This document shows positions 52,046 through 64,000 of a stretch of 64,000 bases of DNA, one piece after another. This stretch comes from Chiloscyllium plagiosum (taxonomy: Eukaryota). Made by a program: the position numbers and the translations under genes. The stretch spans positions 42,369,820 to 42,433,819 of the forward strand of contig NC_057719.1 in NCBI RefSeq assembly GCF_004010195.1, given 5' to 3'. How positions within the stretch are numbered: the first letter of the stretch is position 1; the number at the start of each line of letters is the position of its first letter. Under the pieces are notes generated by a model, which had not been told where the DNA came from, made no database searches, and saw only the letters and a list, made by a program, of their open reading frames with translations.

Positions 52046-55000
52046 CTTCATAGCAGAAGGTGCACATTATAAAAATATCCATTTGCCAAATGGTGCTTAA
52101 GGGGAAAACTGGTAACTTCAAGTGTTACCCTGAACACCCAAAACACAAAATTTAAGGGAGCTTGAATGTCTTTTTATAAATTATTCTGCCCTCGTGTAAT
52201 CTAAACTCCTATTGTTGCCTAAATCAAGTAGGACTCAAGAATCTATTTAACCTCTCCTTATTAGTGATCCCCTAAAGACTGGGAATTCTGTAAATGTTTG
52301 ACCCACCATATGAGTTGTAGCCTGTTGGACCTCTGCAATTAGGGGAGAATTTCTGGAACTATTCCACTACATTAATTCTAAAGTGGTTCAAAGTATAGAT
52401 ATTTTGTAATCACTGTTCAGAGGTGTATTACACACCAAGCACATGGGGCTTGAACTTGGACCTCCTGGCTTGGAAGCAAGTAAATTACCACAGCCATTTG
52501 AGAATTAGTCTGATTTGCACTTATTCCTTCTGTCTGTCTTGTACTCCTTGAGGAAATAATCAAAAGATCAAAATTGTTTTATTTCACCTGTCCTTTTTGT
52601 CATCTGTCGTTACCACAAAGGATGGATCCTGATACATAATTGTGGTTGTAAAGGGAAATGTGAGCTGATTGTAGGCAATATTCTGTAAACTGCAACTGCA
52701 ATTAAGATTTAAGACACTGGGAGAAATCCATGACCCCTTTATTCAACAGAATAGGAAGTTTAGGGGCTATATAAAAGGCATAATTCTGACTTAATGCTGT
52801 ATTTTAATATAACAAAGTTGCCCTTAAGTATGTTCTGAGTAACCTAAGGTACTATTTTAGTAGAGTAAATTACTTGAAAGACAGTCAAATGTCAAGCAAA
52901 ATCAAATTGGTCATATTCATAAATGACTTCATTATGCATGTGACCTCTGTGGCTGTCTCAGTACTATAATGGATTAAATAAATTGAATCATTTATTCCCT
53001 CAAGCCTTCTCCTTTTTACTCTATACATAGAAGCTCCTGTTCCAGTCATGCACGTAGTTTTCCCTAACTCCATCAATTTTCTTCTCCCTTTTTTGGACTG
53101 TGCTTGTCTAGCCACTAGAGTGCACTGCTGAGCTATGTAGTTGAAATTAACATGAATTCAGGTTAACCAGAGTTGGGAAATTCTTTTCCAGGTTTTAGAC
53201 TACCACAAAGTATTTGAGACTTATGCCGAAACCAAAACTGAACCTTCAATATCAGAAGGTGCATTAGAGTAAGTTTATACTTGCAAAACCTTATATGGTT
53301 AAGTCTATTTAACCTGTAGAATTTTGTCCATTAGTTCCAAGTCTACATTGGTAACTAAGTTCAAGTGCTACTTAAAATACTATTCAGACAAATACTTAGA
53401 AAACCATTGGACCCAAGATCTGTGGTGTTTGTCATCCACCATTATCTTGTTGATTTAGCTATGAAGAAAAATTGGATAGATCTGTATTTGCTCTGTAATG
53501 TAGAAGGTTGCAGGGTGATGTGGTAGAAGTTTAAGATTATGAATGGCAGAGATAGTGGAAAGTATGAGACTTTTTTTATTCAAGGGAAGAGCCAATTACT
53601 AGGGGGGGGGGGGGGGCAAACAGGTATGAGGTGCAAGGCAAGTTTTTCATCCCAAGGGTGGAGAGTGCCTGAAACCTCCTGCCAAAAGGTGGTTTAAGCA
53701 AACAGAATAGCAGCATTCAAGAAACACCTGGACAAACTAATGAATAGGAAGGGAATACAGATCCTGAAAGTGAAGACAGTTTTAATTTGGAATGGCAAAA
53801 CGTGTCACTGTAGGCTTGAAGGACCTGTTCCTGTGCTGTACTCTTTGTACCCAAATCCCTATAATTAGTTCAAACAAACCTTATCCACTTAAATTCCATA
53901 CATACTATTCAGTTATCTGCTATGTGCAACACATGATTTTTGATTTTAAAATCAATCTGTTCTAAGATTTTATGACGCTTCATGAGCAGGTGGGACTAGA
54001 ACCTGTCACCAGCCTCCAAAGTAGAGATACTTGCCATTGCTTGTGATTTTTATTTTCTTGTATTAGAAAGGTCCAGTTCAAATTTCTTAACCACATTTGG
54101 TAAAAGAAAAGTTCATTGTTAATAGATCTGAAAAGCATAAACTAAATGGCTTTTTGTCAGTGTCTTACTTCTAGGGAGTATTTGAAGATATAGGTCAAAC
54201 ATAACCCTTTTTAGGAATGACAGTAAACTGTTCATCTGGATTTATCTAATAACTGCTAAAGAAAGTATTCTTTTTTTCTATTCCTATAGTTACTGTTAAT
54301 CTAATCTTGTTCTATTGTGTTAAGCAGCCATAAGTAATTGGTGGCAAATTTTACGTTCCCACACTAATAAACTTGCTTGCAGTTTAAAAGTACACAACAA
54401 AAACTTCAACTGTTCATGTAACCAGGACATTCTTCCCATCATGCACAAAAGACCACAAGCTCACTTCCTCTAATTACAGACTCCATCCTAGAACATGAGA
54501 GAAACTGGACCAGACTGCTTGCAGCTTTGGTATTCTATTTGGTCCTGAGCTGAGCTTCTAACTTGTTTCCATCCACAAGACTGCTTACCTCCACCACCAA
54601 AATATTTGATCACCTGGTCCAACATCTTTCTTGCATGTATTAAAATTTGTCTGATGTTCTTGCAAAGCACTAACAAATTCTTAATGTGTTAAAGCTGTGA
54701 GAGAACTGCAAGTTGTTAACCTGAATAAAATTTTGACAGTTTACAAAACAGAAACTGAAAATGTTAGCTGTTTTAAAGGAGAATCTCTTATCTGTAGAAT
54801 AGTTCATGCAGGTTTTTATATAGTACGGGTAGGAAACTTAATTGCTTACAAACAAATTTATTTTAATGTGAAAACATTTTTCTTTAGAAGGTTCTGTTAT
54901 GAATTATCTGTAAGAATATTCTTGGAGTTTTATTTACTCATGGATGAGGGTGCTCTGCCCATCCCTCAATGTCCAAAATGGTCATCATTAGATTCTTACT

Positions 55001-58000
55001 GAATTTAAATGCCATCACCTGCCTTGGCAGGATTTGAATCTAGGTCCCCAAAACATTGGCTGAGTTTCAGGATTAATAGTTGAGCGATAATACCATATGA
55101 ATGATTACTAATGTTAATACCATTGAATATGTACCTTGACAAAAGGTGTTTCATACAATGGATGTGCAATCCTAGGTTGCACAAAATCCTAGCAAAGTTT
55201 AGCACTTTACTAGGGTCACAAGCAAATGAATCCTATAGAAGTATCTTTTTACTAAACTTTTTTGTTTTTCATTTTAACATTTCTTTACAATCTTTTTAAA
55301 TCTCGGCCCTGATTTGTACTACTATGGCTGGCTGTGATAGGCGATAAAGCTGCTCCTTCCTCTTCTATAGGCCAGAAAGTTTATTTTCCCACAGCACAGT
55401 ATACATTGGGAATTCTAAATAACTTGAATCAACATAAGAATCCAGTTTCACTGCTAGGCTGTAGAATGATACAGTTCATCATTTTCAAGCAAATTATTTG
55501 GACAAGATACAAGTAATAAATTGTTGAAGTTCTAGTTATGTTGATATAATATCTTTAAGACATTGAAACTACTTGAACATGCAAGAGATAGAGTTTAGAT
55601 ACTAGTAACTAGCTTTTAGCACACTGAATTAAAATTATAAGAACATTTAATTTGACTTTCATGTAAAGTTTTCACTTTCAAAGTAAAGGATATTCTGCTT
55701 TAAATCTGATTTTAATCTCAATTATATCTGAATTCAGTATATTGTTACAAAGAAAGGACACTTTTTAAACTCTGAATTTAATAAGATAGTTAATGTTCAA
55801 TAACATATCTTGTTTAAAAAAAATGTTTTCTGGTGTGAAGTAGATAGCTAACACTTTCTTTTATATCTGACCATAAAGTGGAAAACAAAACTTCTATGAG
55901 TTCTCTATTCCCCCAAAAGCCAGCAGATTATTATGAAGCAAACTATTGTGTTGATACAGATGTAAACCTTTTGGTGAAAAATTCACAAGACAGTTACATA
56001 ATTGTTCTTTGCAGCTTAGCTTTACGTTTGCTGCAGTTGTATGAAATGGTAATTTGTTCTTTTTATTATAGTTACCCCTTTCTTATAAAAGTCAAGGATT
56101 TTTAGAATTAGGACCTGCAATCTGTTGCTTCAGGGTTCAAGCCTATCACATCTACTGAGGGCAGATGCTGTGACAGCTGACACATGTTCCCACTTCTGCA
56201 AAACAAAGAATGATTCAATCTGTCAGTCATTCACAACTGCTTTTATGCAGAGTTTCTAAGCACGTCTAGACTCATGAAGTATTTTATGTCTCTGTATAGG
56301 GAAAAAGAACATGGCTGGTCCCCAGTACGTTCTCTGTGGCAGTTTTGATTCTGTATAACTGCAGCATGTAGTCCAATAGTCTCAACCTTTTGACCAAAGT
56401 GGACCTATGCATCACTCAATCACAGTAGGATACTGAAGAGATTCTGACTAGTCAATTGTGACCAGTGGTTTCTCCAGTCGAATAACTGCATCCCATTTTT
56501 GAGGACAAAGGTTGACTGATTTTATGTACAGCCACATAGGCTCTTGTCATTAGCCACTTACATATCAGCATTACAGAACTTTTTCATCCCCCCAAGTAGG
56601 ATATTAGGAGTAAACTCTTGCCTACAAAAATGACTACTATGAATTAACTTTCAATCTTTTTATATAAGCTTACAACATTTGTTTTTGTGTTGTAAAAGTT
56701 AAAAATTCAATTTTTAAAATAATACATTTAATTTGTTCATAGTTCAACATTACTAAATTATTCATGTGAACACAGGTGGCTTTGTGGTTATGTTATGTCT
56801 TGTTTTCCTGCTGTGGGTTCCAGGTTTGAGTTAGAGTGGGAGATGAAGCTGGATCTCTGAGGTGAATTCTCAAACTTAAGTCTGCTGTTCAATGTCAGTT
56901 TCAGACTGGAGGGCTATGTGCACTAGATGGTCTTCCATCTAAGATCTCCACTGAATGTAATCACAATCACCAGTAAATGTTCTTTAACATCTCATTTAAA
57001 GTTTGTTGACTGATGGTATTGGATTCTCAATGTGCAATTTTCAGTCTACTGTACCAAATGTGCAAAACATGACCCAATAACTTCTGGTATTGACACAGGT
57101 GCAAAAGTGACCAAAATGGATGTCTGTCCTTTGCACACAATTTTCTACCTCAATTAGATGTGTGTAGAGAGCAGAAATTTCTTGGAAAATGTTAAGTGTA
57201 GATTGAACCATCAGAAAGGTTAGCAATAAAAGTTCTTGGAGCTTTGGGAGATCTCGAAGACATTGAAGAGTTTGATGGCATTTCAAAATATAAATAAAAT
57301 GTAAAAGTAAAGGATTAGGAAATCCAAGTTAATAATCAAAATCTGCAGGTTAGTAAAAGAGAAGCCAGCCCCTAATCTATTTGATGATCCCTGAGATGGA
57401 GGTGTTGCTGGATGAGGTAGGTGCAAAAAGCATTTACTTTGGTGGTGCTTCTTAGTAGCATCTTAAAATATCTGCATGGTCTTGTGCCTGTAACTGTGCA
57501 TCTGACTATTACAGTCACTGTCTGTGCCAGCCTTATGCTGCATGTCTGTTGCAGGTATATTGGGGGGGGGGGGGGGGTTAGAAGTTATTTGATCCCATGT
57601 ACCTTTACACATAGAACAATCCTGGTAGTCTCTCTCATCTGGTTTTTCCTTATACGCATGCAATTTTATCCTTTTCAAATATTTATCGGCATGAATGAGT
57701 TGGAGTGAAAGGTCTGTTTCTGTGCTGTACATCTGTTCGATCCTAAATTGTTGCACAAAACTATTTCTCATCTCTGATATCATTAATAAAAATTACCTGT
57801 CTCCTAAACTGTGGGTACTGACTGAAGTAATAAGCAGGGCAGAAGAAAGAGCATAAATAGCCTCTTATGCAGACTAACCCAAAATTATGTGACCAAAACA
57901 CTCTTACCGTAACATTGCTGTGACCTTTTCACAAAGTTCGACTTAGATTATGAGCAAGTTAGATGATTGTTTCACAGGTCTATGAATGGAGATGTTCCAC

Positions 58001-59941
58001 AGAGAAACATTGAAAATAGAGGCAGGAATAGTCCAAACCCATCAAGCTTTCATTATTCAATATGATTATGGCTGATCCTCTACCTCGGTGCAATCTTCCT
58101 GCTTTCTTCCCATGCTGTTTGATGCCTTTAATGTCTAGAGATCTAGTTCCTTCTTAAATATATTCAGTAACCTGGCCTCCTTAATGTAGAAAATTCCAAA
58201 GATTCACCAACTCCGGGAAGGAAATTATCCTCACCTCAGTCCAAAATGACCTATCTTGCAAATTATGTCAAGAAAGACCATGTAGTGTTTTTAAAAAAAA
58301 ATATGGAAGTTAAAGCTCTAGAAAGTGGTGACCTACTCCCTGCATTGAAGTAGAATTCTACAGTCAGCTTCTAGCACTTCAGCCAAGTGGCTATTTATTT
58401 ATAACCTTTCTTCAAAGACTTCAGTCAAAAAGCACATTCCAGTTAGACCCAATTAAATTTCAGTTAAGTAACAAGTAATGAAGCAAATTGTCACAGCTCT
58501 ACTTTTATTCAAACCGATGTCAGTTAATTCAGTACAGATCAGAATTTGTGTCTGGCATTTGCCTAACATATGTACCTATTCCATTGAATGTCTGAACTCA
58601 TTTAGCTACCAAGATGCATCTTATGCAAAAGTTATTAGTGAATCTTTCTAAAAGTATTTAACGTCATAGATTTGCCTACTAACAAAATCGGCTATGATTG
58701 TTGCTGTGTAATATTGTGCTGCAGACTAACTGGATGAAAACAAAGCTATTGCTGTGTGCAATAAATTTTAATCTGAGTAAGGGCACAACAATAGCACAAA
58801 GAAATGTTGACCCTAAGTAATAATTGGGCAGGGGGCGAAGAGAAGGACTAAATTAAAGAAAGGGAGTTAAATGGCGCAGGGCAAGTTAGATGTATAGCAT
58901 TCTTCACCTTATGAATGTGACCCCAACAATAATGAAAATATTTATAGACATGTTTCTTTCCTAATGTAATGAAAAATTGTTCCTGCTCAAAGAAATCTGG
59001 GGCAAACACAAAAAAACCGAGGCACTGCATTCATTTTGCTACAAAGAAAGCACAATGTAATGAAATACATGGCCAAGTACTTAAATGGAATACAAAGCAT
59101 TCTGTTCTATTGTAAGGTTGTTCAAGTTGAATCCTTTTTCATATTCAGAATCAACATAAAATGGTTCGAATTTTCACAACAAGTAACATCTGGGTACTTA
59201 ACAGATGTCACATTCTAACAACTCGGGAGAATACAGTCTGTCTGTCATACCACCTGGACTTGAATTAAGTGCCAACCATTGATGGCTACACTGCCACATG
59301 GTGCAGGTTAATCAGCTCCACAAAAATATGTATCTTACATTTACTTACAATGAGAAATGATTTCAAAGATTTAATTAATGAAAGCTTGAATGGAGAACCT
59401 GTGGAAAAGGATATTTAACCCATGGAATAACGAGGCACGTTGGTTTTTTAAAGTTGTTTCAGATTCAAATGCATAAAAAAATTTCATATCTGGACATAAA
59501 AATACTAGGCAAAAGCAGGCTATTCAGCCCATCCAGTTTGTGTTACCATTTATGCTCCACTCAAGTCTTCTCCATCTTTTCTCATCTAAATTGACCAGTG
59601 TAACCCTCTATTCCCTTCTTCCTTCTGCTTGGCTAGTTTCTCCACAAATGCAATGTTTGTTTCAGCCACTCCCTGTTGCACGGAGTTCTGCATTCTCACC
59701 ACCCTGTTTCTCCCATATTTCCTGTTAGATTCTTGATGTCATCTAGTTAATATTCTTCCCTTAAAGAGGAAACACTCATTCCATATCAACTCCATTAAAA
59801 CTTTTAATAATTTTAAAGATTTCCTATATGTCTACTCACAACCTTTGCTGATACATACACCCTAATAGCTTCAGCACTGCCTTAGTTAATTTTCCCTGCA
59901 CACTAGTGCCTGTATGGTTGTTTTATACAATATGGAAACCA

Positions 59942-59990
59942 AAATGGTATGCTGTAGCCTACATGTGATGTAGGCTACAGCATACCATTT
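59942..59990. repeat. Perfect 23-bp inverted repeat with a 3-nt loop
   Basis: aaatggtatgctgtagcctacat-gtg-atgtaggctacagcataccattt. Confidence 0.95.
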
Positions 59991-61829
59991 GATGTAGGAT
60001 AATTCCTCTACTTTTCAATTCTATCCCTTGAGAAATAAAGCCTGGTGCTTAATTTGTGTATTTTTTAATGCTTGCTAACCTATGGTGCAAATTTCTGCAG
60101 TTGATGTATTTATACTTCAAGATAATTTATTCTAAGTCCATTTTCCTTCCTTTTTAAAACCATTATGAAGGCCTCAACTATTAAAATCAGATGTTTGAAG
60201 TCCATATTTTAACTGTATTGTGACAACATGATAGTTCAACTGCCATGTTCAAATCCACTTGAAGTCTCCTGCAGCCTACTCATAACGTATGTTCCCACCC
60301 TTGTTTTGTGTCATCAGAACATTTGGAAGCATTATAAATGGTCCCCAACATTCAAATAGTTTATATAGACTGAACAAGCGGGCCCTAGTGCTGATCATTG
60401 TGTAACCCCTTCTAGTAAAAGCCTGCCATTCCAAGAATGAGAAGGTTAAACAGTAATTTTCTTTGCCCATAGCTAAAATAAAATGCATGGTCAATGTATA
60501 ACATACAATGAGTATAGGTTTCAGGTGTTATATCTCTTATTTATTCATGTTCAAAGGAAATTGTTACATTATATATGTAAAAATGCTACAAGTGTACAAA
60601 ATAGCGGTAACTGGTTTTGTTTACCAATACCTAATTAAAGTAGTTATCTTTGATCCACCAAATGCCAAGTGAAAAGAAGGAACTACTGAGTGTTTAAAAT
60701 ACAGTCATTTGTAGAGCATTTACTCACAAATAGTGCATTGGGTACCAGTTCAATCCTGCAATTTCCATGTAGATGAGCGAGAATGATGTGAGCAATCTCA
60801 AGGGAATGTAACTGATGACTGAACTGATTCATTACAATTTGAATACAGTATGATAGATATTTTTCTGCTCCATTTAGGACAATAACATCCGGAAACAAAC
60901 ATCCTCAACATTCATGATCAAGCATTAAATTTGGTGTATTGACATAATTGATTTAAATTTTTAAAAAAATGATAAATAGTGTTACCAAACTGTGAAAGCA
61001 AAATCCAAAGATGCCTAGGAAGCATCAAAGAAATGGCATGTTTATTACATATAAACAAGATAATATGTGGAATGTATTTCAGTTAGTAAGAAGCTGAACA
61101 CTGAAATGCAAACAATTGTTCTAGATTTCAATTTCTCCTCATACACTGCAGCAAAGTTCCCACGCTGAAGATATTATCATGCCTCACTGAGGCAATTTGA
61201 TGCTTACACGTTGTAGATAGGTAAACAAATTGTAGCCGAAGCTCTGGTTGGATTCCAGAGTACAGTTCACCTTTACAGTAATGTATATTGGGCCTGTAGT
61301 GCTTAATGAGCTATTTCTGACTTAATAGATTTACTTTTTGCACTATTATCTTAGTTAGATCTTGCACTTGTTGGCAATAGATTGGATAGATCATTCCATA
61401 TGTTTATAGGTATGAAAATAATTTGCAAGGAACCAAGCATAATGAGCATTTTACTGAAATAGAATTTTAATTCTTTCTGATCAATTGGGTGGACCATAAA
61501 TATGTAGCGATAATAAAGGATGTGTTCCATTCAAAATATCAGTTTCCACTGTCCTGTCAATCAAAATGGTACCCCTGTATTCCAAATGCATGCTCCCATG
61601 ATTGCTCATTTAAAATTAGTTCAGTGTACAGGAAACAATATTTCAGTTTAAGTAGCAGCTCACATTCCAATATATCACAAATGAAGACTTTCTTGAAACA
61701 GCAAACATTGTTGTCCAAATCACCAAAAACCAACCAGATGATACTGATAACCTCTCATGCTCATTCCTCATTATAAGTCCTTAAAAATTTGATCCAATTT
61801 CCTTTATTCATTTTTTAAGGCAGTTGAGT

Positions 61830-61909
61830 TCAGTCCCTTCCACTGGCTGAGTAAGAAAACTGGGGAAAGTGTGGTCTTCTCTCATTATCTATGGATTCCA
61901 TGCTGCCAT
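61830..61909 (-). CDS. AKT1: AKT1 last coding exon
   Basis: gaacag|, 80 nt. DGSMESIDNERRPHFPQFSYSASGRD*, containing the hydrophobic motif FPQFSY. Confidence 0.92.
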
Positions 61910-62022
61910 CTGTTCAACACAAGAGCCTCATCAGTATAGCAGACAAGTGCTGTGTTTTCAAAAATTTGACTAAACTTTTTTGGAACAATGTAATCGGCTA
62001 TTGTTAGAAAAGTAATGAGTAC

Positions 62023-62125
62023 CTCGATCAGGTGGAGTGATTGTTATTGTTTGTGCTGTAAATTCTTCATCAAAATATCTTGTGTCCATCTCAGATGTCA
62101 CTTGAGGCTTAAATGGTGGAATTAG
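62023..62125 (-). CDS. AKT1: RAC-alpha serine/threonine kinase, penultimate coding exon
   Basis: caacag|, 103 nt, |gtactc. [34 protein letters not shown], the AGC-kinase tail with the turn motif ITPP. AKT1 assigned from synteny and tail length. Confidence 0.92.
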
Positions 62126-64000
62126 CTGTTGAATATACAAAATGTTATTATTTCATTGAGCTCACAATAAAAAAAACTCAAATTGAAGATTATACTGGAA
62201 TAAAAAGTGATCATTTGTTTGTGCAGCAGTGTCACGGAAACACAAAGTGGGTTTATTAAATACATCATTGACTTCCTGTTTTTTCACATTTACCAATATT
62301 AGTGATGCTGGTTTTGGGAAGTGGAATACCTTCATTTTCAAGAAACTATTAGCAACATTCCTTATTCAGGTACAGCACCGCCATATGTAAAGTATCAACA
62401 ATATAGCTAAGCCCCACCCTATGAAAAATACCCCTACTGTAACAGGGTGGTTGAGTGGTACTATAGCCAACTTCCCAAATTGGATTTACCGCACATTCTC
62501 ACCTTCCAAACTCCTTTCCCCAGAATGCATGAAATGATGGTGCAGTGAGAACAAAGTAGTCAACAATTAGAAGAGGTATAAAGAACGACTGGATAACAGA
62601 GAAAAAAAAAGTAGGATTAAACAAAATAGTGCAGTGTGGTCATTGATAGGATGCAGGGTTTACATCTGCAGTTCCTGCGTATTACAATTTTAAATTCAGT
62701 GTTGAAAGACTTATTCAGTGCAAGTTAAGCCTCTCCGTAAATGAATACATTCAGACCAATTTTATTCAGTAAGTTCTGCACCTGTAGTACAAACTAGATC
62801 AACTTAAATATATTTCATCACCTTTTTCTGATAGACATCTTGCCACTTGATTCCAGCAAAGAATTTGTCTTGCATTACTTCCTTTGCATCATCATAGCCA
62901 CCACCCAACCTAGTGAGAAATGCAACATCTTGCATTTACATAATGGTCTTAAAACATGTACATTGAGATATTTTTCTATCTCGGATGCAAAAGGAAATAA
63001 AATTGGCCTAAGGCAAATAATATTCAAAAATGCACATACATGAAAGTATTTAGTCTGAAATGAATTTGAGTTATTTTGTTGTAAATTATATCACCATGTT
63101 AAAGTCTCACAGATTCAACAATGCCAATTTCCAACATATTACGAAATCATAATTACATTATACATCTCACATCACTTCATACAATTAATTACGTCAATTG
63201 AAGTTTAATGACTATAAGCAAACATATGAGTATTATCTTGAGATAACAGAGATGAGTGACTGGTTCTTCTGCTTTGTTTTGGATCAATTAACAGGGAAAA
63301 AATAATATCAGCCACAACACTGGGTGCCTTTGCTCGTATTTAAAATCAGTTATTGAAAATCTATATGTTGGACCTTGGTTTAATAACTTGTGTCTCAAGT
63401 GTAGCGTTTCTCAAAGCACAGTAACCTTCTATGCTACATCAGAATCTTAGCTGAAATTGAGTATTCAAATCCTGATGTGCAGCTCAATTTCTCAATAAGT
63501 ACCATAAACCAAGCCAAATGGGCAGAGGCAATGACAAATATTCTGCAGCAATTTCAGTTTATCTCCACAAAAGCAAATACAGCCATTCAATAGTTTACAA
63601 AACTAGTCCCACTCATCATCACTGGGTAAATCACTCCACTGCGCAGAATTATAAGATAACAGTACCAGAGAATATTCAGTAGCAAGATGCTACTGAAGGT
63701 GATTCAAAGTCAGCAGCCTGGTCAGGTAATGGTGTGCACCATGGAAGAACTAAGAACAAAACAAAAACTAAAATAGATGGGTTTTGTAAAAGAAAACGTA
63801 GTAACTTGAAATATTTCTGCCTTATTAATCACTTAATGCGCAAGTACACAAAATATATTTTATTGAAAGTTTTTTTTAAGGCAAGTATAAAAATGAATGG
63901 AATACAGTGAACTGATCAAAACTAGTACACATAATTAGCAACATTTACAGTTATTTAGTATTATATATCTTCATGTTATGCCTGATGTGGAATTCTTTAC

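Noticed and set aside
53602..53616. Poly-G runs (also near 57562-57578)
   Set aside because: Simple homopolymers in decayed repeats, with unreliable length.
1..64000. CRISPR arrays, operons or prokaryotic defence systems
   Set aside because: The sequence is intron-containing vertebrate DNA and shows no repeat-spacer array.

Overview
Vertebrate genomic DNA, very probably from a shark or ray: it carries many HE1-type V-SINEs, HER1/CR1 LINEs and Penelope-derived inverted repeats. The window holds the conserved ADSS1-SIVA1-AKT1 block: the last two coding exons of ADSS1 (+), a complete 4-exon SIVA1 (+, 184 aa) with a CpG-island promoter, and the last two coding exons of AKT1 (-). Between ADSS1 and SIVA1, a chain of GT-AG exons on the - strand (about 5.7-36 kb) suggests a further gene that I cannot identify, probably decaying. 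The repeats include a two-LTR Gmr1-type Gypsy retrotransposon with integrase upstream of RT, nested CR1 and Rex-Babar LINEs, and several short Penelope-type inverted repeats that carry minimal hammerhead-ribozyme cores. One near-intact core lies in sense orientation in SIVA1 intron 2. There are also three local duplications (one copies the SIVA1 exon-3 acceptor), a perfect 23-bp hairpin, and a 989-N assembly gap. Orthologue comparisons are from memory and no searches were run.
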